Assembly (NCBI GenBank): GCA_024704765.1
Contig: JAKMXF010000288.1
Location: forward strand, 310,001-374,000
DNA length: 64,000 nt
From: Oopsacas minuta
Lineage: Eukaryota > Animalia > Porifera
Direction of reading: 5' to 3'
The number at the start of each line of letters is the position of its first letter. Within the stretch, counting starts at the first letter, position 1. Below the pieces are notes generated by a model. That model did no database searches. It was not told the DNA's origin and worked only from the letters and a program-made list of their open reading frames with translations. This document shows positions 17,301-29,200 of this stretch, one piece after another. The position numbers and the translations under genes are program-made.

Positions 17301-20300
17301 GTGTGTCACACTGCCACTTTAATTGTGTCTCTACGGGGATGTTATTTCGTAGATCTCGTAATTTGTCGTTCATTTCTTGGACCATTCTCTCCTGCATGGA
17401 CTGGAGGGGATTTTCTCTTAAGTCTCCTTGGAGGTGTACTTGGGCCTCTGTCAGTTGGGCGATCATTTGATCTCGAGCGATCTCTGCGGCTCTATTCTCT
17501 TCGCGTGTGTTACGGACTAGCTCCAGGAGCTGAACTCTTCGGACATTCAGTAGCCCTATGAGACCATCTATGGTGTAGTTTATGTGTGTCTCTATGGGGT
17601 CTACGACTTGTGGGGCGATTGGGTATCGTTCTGCCATTTGATGATGAATTTTTGGAATAGTTTAGATATGAATTGGTTGCTAGGGATAATCTTGTGTATT
17701 TATAGTTGTAATATGATTTAGTTTGTAACAACAAAACAAACAACAATAATTAGAAGATGTGAGTATATTTCTTGTTAGAATAAACACGAGGTTATGCAGG
17801 TGTATGTTATTATGTCTCGTTGCTAGGATACTGTAAGGAATGTGGTTGAAAGTTCATTCTCAGTAAAGTTGTTTCGTATAATTGCAAGTTTTGTAAACAA
17901 TATCACTTCTTTAATCAAATTCAATTAAACTGGAAGTGTCCAAATTTAACAAATTCTCAGTACGTCATCAGATATATTCGATCCCAACAATAATTCTAGT
18001 GCCACTATAAGCCACTTTATGGAGTGATTTTAACTAACATCTTCACATAAGGAGGACAAAATTTGTTATAATATGAGTTGAAGGTGAGTGGCGATGCTGG
18101 CGGACAAACAGGGCGAAAATCGTCCTGAGACCGCCACCGTCTATCATAGAATAGATTTTTCCTCGGGTTTGAAAATCCTACCCCTAGGAGGCTCCATACC
18201 ACCACTGTATTGCCTTGCACCTGCGTATTAAGATAATCCCACAGGACAATGGTAACCTCATTAGCTCATAAATATGTACTCAATCAGAGACAAATCTGAT
18301 TGGTGGAAGTGGTATATAGCCCTATCGGCAAAAGTATAAATAGACAAAATAAAATTTCGGAAAAATGGAATATTTTTTGAATTTTCTGACTAAAAATATT
18401 ACGAAAGAATTCAACGAATCTGAGGTTGACCAATTCTCCCTGACAACCAAAAAACTAAAGAATGTTATTACATGTTTGGATCATGGTCTATTCGTAACTG
18501 AATGCGAACTTCATTTCGAATCGGACAAGATACAACAAGATCTTAAACATTGGGTGGACAAAGAAAGACAGAAGATACATTATCTTGATGAAGCACGACA
18601 CGCATTATTAGAAAGAAACATGAAAAAACAATCCAAAATTCGGGAAATTCAGGATTACATGATGTCGGGACGACTTAAAAATGAGGAGATAATTCTTAAT
18701 AATTCGGAAGTTTTGAAAGATATAAATGTATTACAGGAAAAGAACCGCACTTTAAGAGAAACTTTCGTTTGTGTAATCGAACAAACACGCAATCTTGAAG
18801 CAAAGAGAAGAGAACAGATAAAAATGTTTAAAAAACTTAACGAAAACACTCCCAAATATAAAAATCAATCTATACAGACAGATAGTGACGTCATGAATAT
18901 GGTGAATATACGTACGGATCGTCGAGGTAGAGGGGGGAGGAAGGTTTATAAAGATAGAGGGGTACAATGTGTAATCCTAGCGGAACGGGCACGGATAATT
19001 GGACATAAAGGGTGCATGACTGATCCGATAGAAGAGGAAATAGATCTTATTCCATTAGAATTAGAAAGTGAGATAATGACGGAGATGAGTGGAGATAGTT
19101 TGTTGACAATATCAAGTGAAAGGTTTGAAGATTGTTTACAAAATTTGGACGTGTTCAATAGTCTATAAATACAAACAAATGTAACAGAAATAATGTGTGT
19201 TTTGTGAGTTCATGAGGGAAATATTATCTCTTGTTTGGACCATGGATCATTTTCGCGAAAGCAAACTGATATTTTGAACCCAATTAGAGTCTAGAAGTAA
19301 TGTAGACTACGCTTCGGTAACTTTTACCCGATTAACCGGAAGTACTTCACACTATTTGCATGGTTCTGTTTCTGGCCAAGTGGCGGAGTCTATTGTATCA
19401 ATATGCTCGCATGGATGCAAGAGAAATAGTAGAATTCAGATAAGACGCACACCCTCAGGGACAAATATTTGCAAGCACAAACCGAAATACCCTTTAAGAA
19501 ACTCAGGGAAGTACAGTATAACTCGGTTAGTACGTAATTTTCTCAAAAACCGATAATCAATTCTTGTCGGATATGACTTACCGACGAGGGTCTACGTCAT
19601 ATTCGAATTCTACAGTATTTAACTCACAGAATAGCCTTAAGAGCTCCTCTCTGGAACAGCTGTCTACACACAACGTTAGCATCTTCTATACCCCATAGAT
19701 CATCACACACATCTCCCCATCTACCTGCATGGAATATCTGTACGTGTCCTGCTGTCTTATTTCCATCTAATAGACGTACTCTACCATCTAGGAATGTATA
19801 AAAGTAATCGCAGGGATGCTATTCTAGAAATTACCGTACAAACAAATGTTCATCCAATAGACTGGCGAGTGTATAACAAAACGTGTCAAAATATGATATA
19901 TCATATGATAAATATCCATGTTTGATATTTGTAAATGTCAGAATCAAATTATACGCACACGATTACTACGGACTAACCGTTGAAAGGAAATCTTTAGAAA
20001 AATTCTCATCCCCAAATGCATATCTACACCACAGAATACACCCATAGTGATGTGACCAATATGTACCAATTTTGATGTCAATTGGGCTGATAGATTTCTC
20101 AGGACACCGTGGACGGACGGACGTCGTATACCGTCCATGCCAATATCTCAACTCAGGAGCTCTAACTAACCATTATTAATACAGCTGATCTGAACAGGTT
20201 TTCCGGAGGGGCAATCCACTTTTGGACCAGGTTCTGGTAGACACTGACTGATACTCTGATCGCCAGTACAAGTAAAGTTATTGAATGAAAAATCAGTGAT

Positions 20301-23300
20301 GATTTCCTCACTAGAGGTTATAGGAACACTAGCATTCCCGTAGCCAAGTACTTCACAAAGATACTAGTATAGGATAATATATAAATCTGGTACTAAAAAG
20401 GGAGGGAGGACAATAGCCCCCTGTTCCCTCCTCCTCTAGTAAATATTGTTTGTTTTGTGAAGTGTTTACCTCTGATATATTATCGTTTTTAGAACAAATT
20501 GGATACCATTCTCCTTCATATCTAATCTCTACAATTCCAGTAATTAAATCTCCAATTTTGAGTGTATCTTCTCGTATCTTGATGTCATAATCAACTGTAA
20601 ATAATAAATGGATATAAACAACAAACAAACAAACAAACAAACAAACAAACAAACAAACAACAAACAACTCACCATAATTTCCACAAGTAACACCAGCACC
20701 TTCACTCCTATAACAACTAGCAAAAAAGAAACTAGAAACAGTAGTATTCCTATATTCACAATCTCCAAAACTAGTCTCATTCCCCACACAATTAACATAA
20801 TTCCATCCTCTATCAGCTGTAATGGTTGAATATCCAGCAATAGCGTTAATAGTGAAATTATATCCTAAACTCCTACAGACAACCAAGGCATCAGGAAACC
20901 CCCAGTCATCGTCACATACTCCAATCCAATTCCTATCTACATATACTACTACACGTCCTGATATGTTGTTTATATTGTCTGTGGTGTCGCGGAGTTGTAC
21001 TTGGAATTGACCTATAGGATTATGGTGTAAGAAATATAGTGATATATGCTACAACACACACCAAATGGGGGCTATAAACTCACTAGGAATACCACATGTG
21101 ACTGTCGCAGGATTTCCTCTATCACAATCAGAAGTATCTGTCAAATATGGACATTCCGATAGCGTAGTTTCGTTCCCATAACAACCTACGTTAGTTATTC
21201 CAAATCCTATTGGGGATACAGCTGGGCCATAGTTTGTACCAATATTTTGTAAATAGTCCCAGCCTAGCTCCTTACAGACGATACGACCGTCTGTGTCATC
21301 CCAGTTCTGTTGACAAATACTCTTCCATGAATACTCTTGATATATCTCTACAATTCCTTCATAAGGATTGTCACTCCCAACCAGTCTGATTGTACCAGTC
21401 TCTATGGATAGAAGTAATGTTAAACAGCTGATGGAACATACCTGGAGCGTGTTTTGGGTGTCAAAGCATATGGCTTGAATTTTTTAAATTATATTCTGAA
21501 TAAATACTGGTAACAGTCCAGTCTTGGCGGGAGATCCAGATTTCGTGGATTGAGTGCCATGTCCCGCCAAAACGCTGGTACCCGTTAACGTAACGTAAGC
21601 ATTCCTTTCCCATATAAGACTTACCAGGAGGAGTACAAACCAGATATAATCCTTGATTATCACACTCAGAAATACTGTGACTGCATTCTCCTATATTATC
21701 ATTATCTCCTAGGCAAAGTAAGTCTATAGTTGTATTACCAACAGGTTCCCCGTATATCTCACTTCTATCTTCGTGATCATATTCACTGTTAAATGTGTAG
21801 CCCAGCTGATTACAAACTGTTGGACCAACTCGTGAGAAAATTGAGAGATAGCGTTGACAGACTTCAATCCATGCCCCGTTAAAGAAGACCTGCACTCTCC
21901 CAGCGGTCTCGTTGGAGTTTGGTCCAACTAAGCGTACTTCAAATTCTAGAGGGAATGGTTATTCATATTTTCACACCTTTAAGGGTGAATTAACGTATCG
22001 AATATTAGCCACATTTAATGATAGCCTCCCTCACTGAAGGGTGTAGCCAAATACCAACGAGGTAACCATGGAAACTGGGACATAACACGTCACAGAGGCA
22101 CGTTAGGGAGTTGGTGAATACATTCATGTATAGAATGCTATGATTCATGGAATGTAGTATGTGATTATATGTTATGTCCCTGTACAAGGGTGTTAAAATA
22201 TGAATAATCATCCCAGTTACTATTCGAGGTAACTGGTATTCAAATAACATACGTAGATTTCCACAAATAACTCCAGCTGCCTCACTAATAGCACAATCTG
22301 ATTGGGTAGTACAGTTTGTAATATTACATTCCAGAGATGAATTCTGTTGTCCGGAAGTAGAATTAAAATAATTAAATTTCGTCACCTCCAAGGCGCCTTC
22401 ATATCCTAAATCTTCACATTTTCTAGTTCCAACTTCAAGGTCCCAATTTCTGTCACAAACAAAATTCCATTTTCCATTTTGGAAGATTTGGATATTTCCT
22501 TCTTTTGCACTTGATCCATCAATAAGTCGAATTGAGTTTTCTAGAAAACAGTAGATGTAAACAGTGTTTAGAGAGGGCAAATGTGGCCCCTGTTAATGAG
22601 AAACTTGTTTCAGCTCCACATAATGTACATCTTAAGCATACGGACGGGCGGCTTCTCATATCTCATTATTTGATGACGTTATCATAATACAAAGTGTCCA
22701 ATTCATGGAAATATTCCAATGACTCTACTTCTAAACATCAGGAGGTCCTCTCTAATTGTCCGCCAGTGGGCAATTAGAGAGGACTTACTGATGTTAATTA
22801 AGCGTGTTAAAGGAAATCTGTGTAGATAGAATCATTACTATTCACCTGTTAGTTAGTAAATATATTGTGTAGTTGACTTTCATTGATAAAATGGTATTGA
22901 CATGATACGGGCGGTGGAGCTGATACAATTTCCAACTAACAGCGGGCTAAATGTAACCAAATTTCCAACTAACCTGTAGCATCAATACACTGAGGGGGCA
23001 CACTTGACCATATACCACCTTCACACATTAATTCACTACTACCAGACACTACTGAATTTCCTATACATGAATATCTCAGTACTTCTCCATGAGGTATTAA
23101 CCCAGGTTTTGTAGAGTTCGTCCTTAGCAAAGAAGAGTTGTTGAATGGAATGCAGCAGCCTATATAATACATGAATATAATTAATGATCAGAAATATGGT
23201 GATAAATGTTATGAAGATTTCGGGAAGCTCGCTATAAATCCTGTTTCCATATATTTGACTGAATTAACCTGTGTCTACTTGACAACCAATTTGTGGAATA

Positions 23301-25877
23301 TGGTGGAAAGGAATGTGTGAATAACTAGGCATGGTTTTTGTATATTGTAGTTGGCAGTGTAGCATAGCGGCCACTTTGTAAAGGCTCATGATTGCCATTA
23401 GTCAGGCTTAACTCCAGTTATATCTAACACGCTTATACCGAAGTGTGAAAATGTACAAATATGGTCCCAAACCGTCGAAGTAACATACTTTGATCGGTTA
23501 TATCAAATTAATTATCGCAATCCCTTTAGCTTCGATATACGTAACGAGGAAAGTAACACCTGTTCTATTAATACACCATATGGACACTGCTTCATCTGGA
23601 TCATTACATCTACTCTCTGTAAGGAATTGACATGAGCTATAATTAGTAGCATCAACTGGACATTTAACCCTCTCTACTGCATAACTATCTCCCTCTCTAT
23701 CACCATAGATACCCTTAGGGGCGGCTAGGAATGTCTCAAACCCCAGCTGCCTACAGGCGACCTCTGCTTCTGTGGAGTAGAAAGCTTCCCAGCAAATATC
23801 TCCCCAACTTCCTGCTTTGTATATCTGTAATTTCCCTGTGTGTAGGTCTACAGCTCCGGTTAGACGAAGAGAATTCTCAACTAAAATACAAAAATGTCAA
23901 TTACAGTGTCAAAAGTATGAAAATATGATAAATTCCTGAATTCCTTATAGTAGAAGCTGTTGGTCCGTCGCTAGGGGGGGTGAGGCACCATCGGACGTAC
24001 CCTAGGCGGCGGTTCGTAAGACTCACTGGGCATTCCTTGGAGGGGAAACTGTTAGATCCAATAGGGTAACAATTAACTCACCATCAGTTTCTCTGCACTC
24101 AATCTTCATAAAGCCATCTACACAACTGTCATTCAGAGTAACAACACAATCACCAAAATTTCTCATTGAAGGAAGACAAACCACTTTCGTAACCACTTCA
24201 GATCCAACTTGTGTCGCATTAACTGATGTCATAGTAGCTCCACCTAGTTTCCCAAGTAATTTACAATATATGTCAGCTGTTTGTTGATCGATACTGTTGC
24301 TACAGACGTCTAGTGTGTCGTTGTCATAGTACATACGGATACGGTCAAGGGTGAAGTCATGAGTCATCGTAGCATCTGAGAAATAAAGTATCAGTAAAGA
24401 TTGTAATGAGAATTTGGACCAGCGATTCACAACCTGGAGTCCATGGTGGTACATGGAGGATACCAGGGGCCCACAGGATCTCAAAATTTGTATTGCAGTC
24501 TATGGAAGGGAGTCCACCAGTGAAAATGTTTGGGAAATGCTTTCTTACGAATTCTAATACGAATAATTCTCCAATTTTGAATTTTGAATATCAAAAAATT
24601 TGAGTTTTCTATAAGAAATATGTCTGATTTTCAATGGAAGAGACCTGTCAAAAATTTGAAAGGGGGTTTCCAAATACGAATTCAGGGCCATGGGAACACC
24701 TGGTTACCCTACTAAACCGTATAAGAAAGTACTTACATGGGAAACAAGAAATACCCAAAACACCATCACTACAGTCTGGAGATATTTCGATTGAACCAAA
24801 AGTACATTCACTAAAATGTTCCTCATTTCCAACACAAGTTATATTATCCGCGGTTACATACGGGCCACTGACTTCAATTCCGAAATCAAGATCTATTCTG
24901 TGGACGGAGACAGCACCTACTCGGCCTGCTACGTAACATAGAAGGTTAGCAAAATCTATGGAATAGTCATTCCAGCAAGATCTGTAGAATGTGCCTTGAT
25001 AATTGAAATTAGGGATGATTTGGTACTCAGGGTCGAAGCGGACATCTCCCTCAGATAGTTCACCTCCTAGAAATATCAATTATATATACAGACATATATA
25101 CAGGTTACGAGATGAGGACATAATTATTCGGATGGAAAATGTGTAAACATTTTTCGTGTTTTTTGTTAATTCGACGCACAAATCCTAGGCACGAAGTGTG
25201 CCGACTCTTCTCGAACACATTTGAATGTGATGCCCTGTAAAACGGGTCAAAAGCGGAAAATTCACCCTTTTGGTAGGCCAGATTATGAACTACGTCTCAC
25301 TTAGGTAATATATTAAGGTGACAGAAAAATCACACATAATTCTACACAAGTGTAATCTAATTAATATCAATCACAATTGGCCCAAAATCGAATATGTCCA
25401 AAAGTTCTAGACTGAAACTAACAACGGTGTGTCAGGTAGACCGATAAATGCTATCCGTTTCGTCTTTTATGGAAGTTCATTTGTATGGGACTATGGATTC
25501 GCTCTAAGTATTTTCACTCAGTTTCCAGTCCCATAGCCCCTTTTGTGAATGTTACACTGTACTCATAAGGGGCCTAAAATGTCTCTTTAAACAAACCCAG
25601 ACTGATTTCACAGGTCGGTTGAGTTCCAGACCAATCCCCATTAACACAGAGTCTTGTGATAGGACCTCTGATAGAGTACCCCTGGTCACAGAAGAATTGG
25701 TACTGTCCACCTTCCGATAAACACCCGAATGAGGTTCCATTCTGTAACGGGTCAGGTCGTGGACAAGCTATAAACAAATAATAATAAACAAATTCCATAG
25801 AGACCGTCTTGTTGCTACGAACCTGAATTAGAAGAATGGAAGAGTATAAATAGGATTAAAAGCTTTAAAATTTTCAT
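5390..25877 (-). CDS. Large type I membrane scavenger receptor: signal peptide, ~22 SRCR, 4 CCP/sushi, 3 TIL, Thr-rich linker, TM, NPMY tail
   Basis: Exon 1 25823-25877 encodes [18 protein letters not shown]. It is followed by ~30 exons, mostly one domain each with phase-1 GT-AG ends. SRCR motifs (G.VQIFH.G.WG.ICDD.W, VVCRQLG, LDNV.C.G.E..L..C). CCP exons at ~25600-25778, ~22973-23160, ~15400-15570, ~11650-11820. TIL exons at ~7940-8118, ~7440-7620, ~6757-6940. The TM exon (to 6234) joins in frame to [12 protein letters not shown]...TEIPNPMY... SRCR count is by eye (+/-1-2). Confidence 0.8.
12784..12808. repeat. (TA)n microsatellite
   Basis: atatatat run in an SRCR gene intron. Confidence 0.9.
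15874..16038. mobile_element. MITE-like element
   Basis: TA-cagta...gttataac / ttataaccgaagtttactg-TA imperfect termini. Confidence 0.5.
16408..17637 (-). pseudogene. Coiled-coil + NHL-repeat beta-propeller protein (TRIM-NHL-like), intronless, with one in-frame TGA
   Basis: ORFs 17014-17637 and 16408-17007 share a frame, joined by ...GIAIH-TGA-ENVYVSS. NHL repeats: [37 protein letters not shown]. Confidence 0.75.
17819..17831. promoter_or_regulatory. RFX X-box-like site upstream of NHL gene
   Basis: GTTGCTAGGATAC; a second similar site GTTGCTAGGGATAA at 17676-17689. Confidence 0.4.
18365..19168 (+). CDS. Orphan coiled-coil protein (267 aa), intronless, nested antisense in SRCR gene intron
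   Basis: Long open frame with heptad-like charged middle region; no family recognised. Confidence 0.55.
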   Translation: MEYFLNFLTKNITKEFNESEVDQFSLTTKKLKNVITCLDHGLFVTECELHFESDKIQQDLKHWVDKERQKIHYLDEARHALLERNMKKQSKIREIQDYMMSGRLKNEEIILNNSEVLKDINVLQEKNRTLRETFVCVIEQTRNLEAKRREQIKMFKKLNENTPKYKNQSIQTDSDVMNMVNIRTDRRGRGGRKVYKDRGVQCVILAERARIIGHKGCMTDPIEEEIDLIPLELESEIMTEMSGDSLLTISSERFEDCLQNLDVFNSL

Positions 25878-26029
25878 CTCCTAATTAGAATAAATGTAAA
25901 TAACAACAAAAGCTGTGAATAAATAAGAACAAACAAGAACTTACAATAATCTGCTACTTCTTCATTAATTATATAAAATTCTAGAAAACTGAGAAATAAT
26001 CGGAAATTCAATCTTAAATATTTTCCGGT

Positions 26030-26127
26030 GTTTGTTTGTTTATTTGTTTATTTATTTGTTTGTTTGTGTTGTTTGTTTGTTTGTTTGTTTGTTTGTTTGT
26101 TTGTTTGTTTGTTTGTTTGTTTGTTTA
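26030..26127. repeat. (GTTT)n microsatellite between espin-like and SRCR genes
   Basis: Long imperfect gttt run; related runs at ~14625-14727 (CAGA) and ~20617-20665 (AAAC). Confidence 0.9.
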
Positions 26128-26223
26128 CAAAAGGCAAAACACAACATCTTTAGCTAAAAATTAGAAATACAGTGAGATATTTATGTGTTGGATATATCAC
26201 ATAAACGGAGGGAAGTTAATTTG

Positions 26224-29200
26224 CTAATTAGCAAGAGATACATTAGTCTTAACGGTTGCTACTTTAGCACGAGCTTTCAGGCCCTGTACGATCTCATTCT
26301 CCTTCTGGAGGTCTTCTGTCTCGTCTGCTTCTTTCGCCTCCTGGATCAAGGCCTCGAGGACTTGTCGCTTCTTGCTAGGGTCCATTCTAGCGTATAGACC
26401 CATTAAAGCTTCATCAGATAGCTGTCCTATATGTAATCAGATTAATTAATGGGAGCGTATTGTTACTCCCAAGGGTGTTGTCGAAACCAACATCCACTGT
26501 ATTTGTTACTATTTCAACTAACAAACAATTTCCAAGATATACAGATATCCTTACCTACATCGAAACCTTCCAGAGTTTGTCCTGTACTAATAGGTCGACG
26601 CTCCTTAGGCTCAGTATCAGAGAAAATAACAAACTTTCCCTTCCCACTTCTCTCCTTCAATTGTTCCTCTGTTAATTCCTTCTCTAGACGAACCTCTGCT
26701 TGAGAGATTTCTCCAACGAATGAGGTCCGTTGGGTCAGGATAATAGGCTCTTGGTGTTGCTAATAATAGATTATTCCACATAAGCACTTTTTGGTATATT
26801 TCTGCATATTTTCAAGTGAACACATGAATATCGTAAATCAAGGGAAATACGTTAGTAACTATGTCCGCTATAATATTATACAGCAGTATGCATCGCTTAT
26901 GAGAACAGACAGGATATAAGCACCGTCCTCTGGAAAACTGTCCTCGCATATTCCTGTATATTTATACCGGTTATAAGAACTTGTATTGCTACTCCCAAGG
27001 ATGTTCTTATAACCGATAAGCACTGTATTCCATATTTATACACATACCTTTCCTTTCTTTGGCTCATAAGGAGATATCTCCTCACTAATAGGTAGGAGAG
27101 GGTGCTCATTTAGATCCACCTGTGAACTGTGAACACTGTCCTCACTATCCTCAGGGGTCATGGTGCCGTCATCTGACGGGGAGGACGGCTCCTCAAGGTA
27201 ATCAGAGATACCTGGGATACCCTCTCCGTGCTTTTTCTTCAGGTTCCTGCTAAGCTCACGCCGTGATGAGGCTGGGCCAGTTTCTGTCGGGAACTATAGG
27301 CATAGAGGAGTAAATATAAATAACAAACAGGCAAATACATATGCAGACGAGTAAACTAACAAACAAATAAACAGACAAACAGACAGACAGACTAATAGAG
27401 GCAATAGCAACAAACAAACCCAATGCAGAAACAAACAAACAAACAGACAGACAAGTTGATAATAAACTATAACTTTTAAACTGTAACTATTCCTAATTAT
27501 TTTATATGTGAATCCTCCTCGGCAGTTAATTTTAACTTTTAATATATGAAATTACTTGTAAAACACTTTCACTTTCATAAATTAATTCATATAATATAGA
27601 GGAGAGGTCTTATGTCATAAAATTGTGCCTCGAGGTATCAGTCCTCTAACTGGGGGCCATGGACCTCTTGGCGGTTAACGGAGGATAGCAGGGGGTCTAT
27701 TAGTCAACTACCAGCTACTTAAGGTGATAAAATTGTCTCCATTGGATCACAAAATTCAAATTTTCAGATACCCTAATATGTTACATAATTAGAATGGCTA
27801 GTAAGCATAGCAACAGTTCATCAGAAGAGGAATGTGATGAATTATCTATTAGACTATTCCTTTGGGATTTTAATCAGTGTGATCCTAAGAAATGTACAGG
27901 TAAAAAGCTGGTGAGGATGAAATTGGCGAAAGAAGTTCCAATCGGACGGAAAATACCCGGACTTGTCTTGTCGCCGCACGCAGAAAAGACCCTTTCACCA
28001 GCTGATAGGGAGCTTGTCACCTCAAAAGGACTCGGTGTTATAGATTGTTCCTGGACACAAATTGATCAACTACCTGCTTCCAAACTTAAGGCTGGGGCGA
28101 ATAGACTACTCCCTTTCCTAGGTAGTAAATAGGGACACAATTGCCATATAAACGGACACTTTTAAGTCGCAGAAAGTGGGCGTTTATTGTAACGGGGTGA
28201 TGGCGGACAACTAAGATAACCATTTTATTGTGTCCAATTTTGCCCAATACACAAAAAGTTCAGAAACAAATACTCAACTATTCTTGGTTCCAGAAGGGTC
28301 GTTGCTTTTCGTATAAACACGATAAAAAATACTAAATATCAACACGCAGGTAATTCCAGTTATATCTAAGCTCAAGAAACCGCGAAAATTCGATCAAATA
28401 TTTGTTACTCTAACGGTTTGGGGACCATATTTGTACAATTACAAACTTTGATATAAGCGGGTATTTCTATATGTCCGTGTTCTATCGTAGTTATAATTTG
28501 GTTGCATTTAGTGGCCGCTAACCCCGTCAAATATGGACAGCAGTGTCGCCTGTCGTGTGTAGAGGCCCTGGCAGCAGCTCTAACAATCCTTGGCCTCAGA
28601 CAAGACGGAGAAATCATATTAGGGAAGTTCAAGTGGGGACACTCGTTCCTATCACTGAATGGAGATCTTTTAAGCAGATATGCATTATGTATAGATGGGG
28701 GTGATGTGATTAAAGTACAGGGTGAGTATTTGAGAGAGGAGGGAAACAAGAAAGGTGTTAAGAAGGGGAAAGGATATGATCAGCTGGAGGATCTAATGCC
28801 CCCGCAGGATAGTGATGATGAATATGATATCTAGTTGTTTATTTACTTGCTTAGTTTCTTTTAGCAATTATTAAATTTTATTCGCATAAATATACTCACT
28901 TCAGGCCACTCTGTCTCACCGACCAAAGGTGTGACAATATGATTATACACATCCAAGTAAAGTAAACTCCGATTAATAGGGTCACATCGGGATCATCCAC
29001 TGGTTACCCGATTAATCGGAGTCTACTTTAGTTAATATCCATAAACCAACACCTCTATTTCTATCTGTTGTATCTGTGTTTCATTTATATCCTTTTTATC
29101 AACAGGTGGACTATGGATTGGTGCAAACTGAGGAATCACATTCTTTAGAATATGTCTGGATTCCCGTCTACTAGGTGTGTCTGCCTCGGCCGGGGGGTCT

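Noticed and set aside
11950-20360. Apparent frameshifts in SRCR exons near 12085 and 20220
   Set aside because: Recounting the homopolymer runs showed both frames are continuous.
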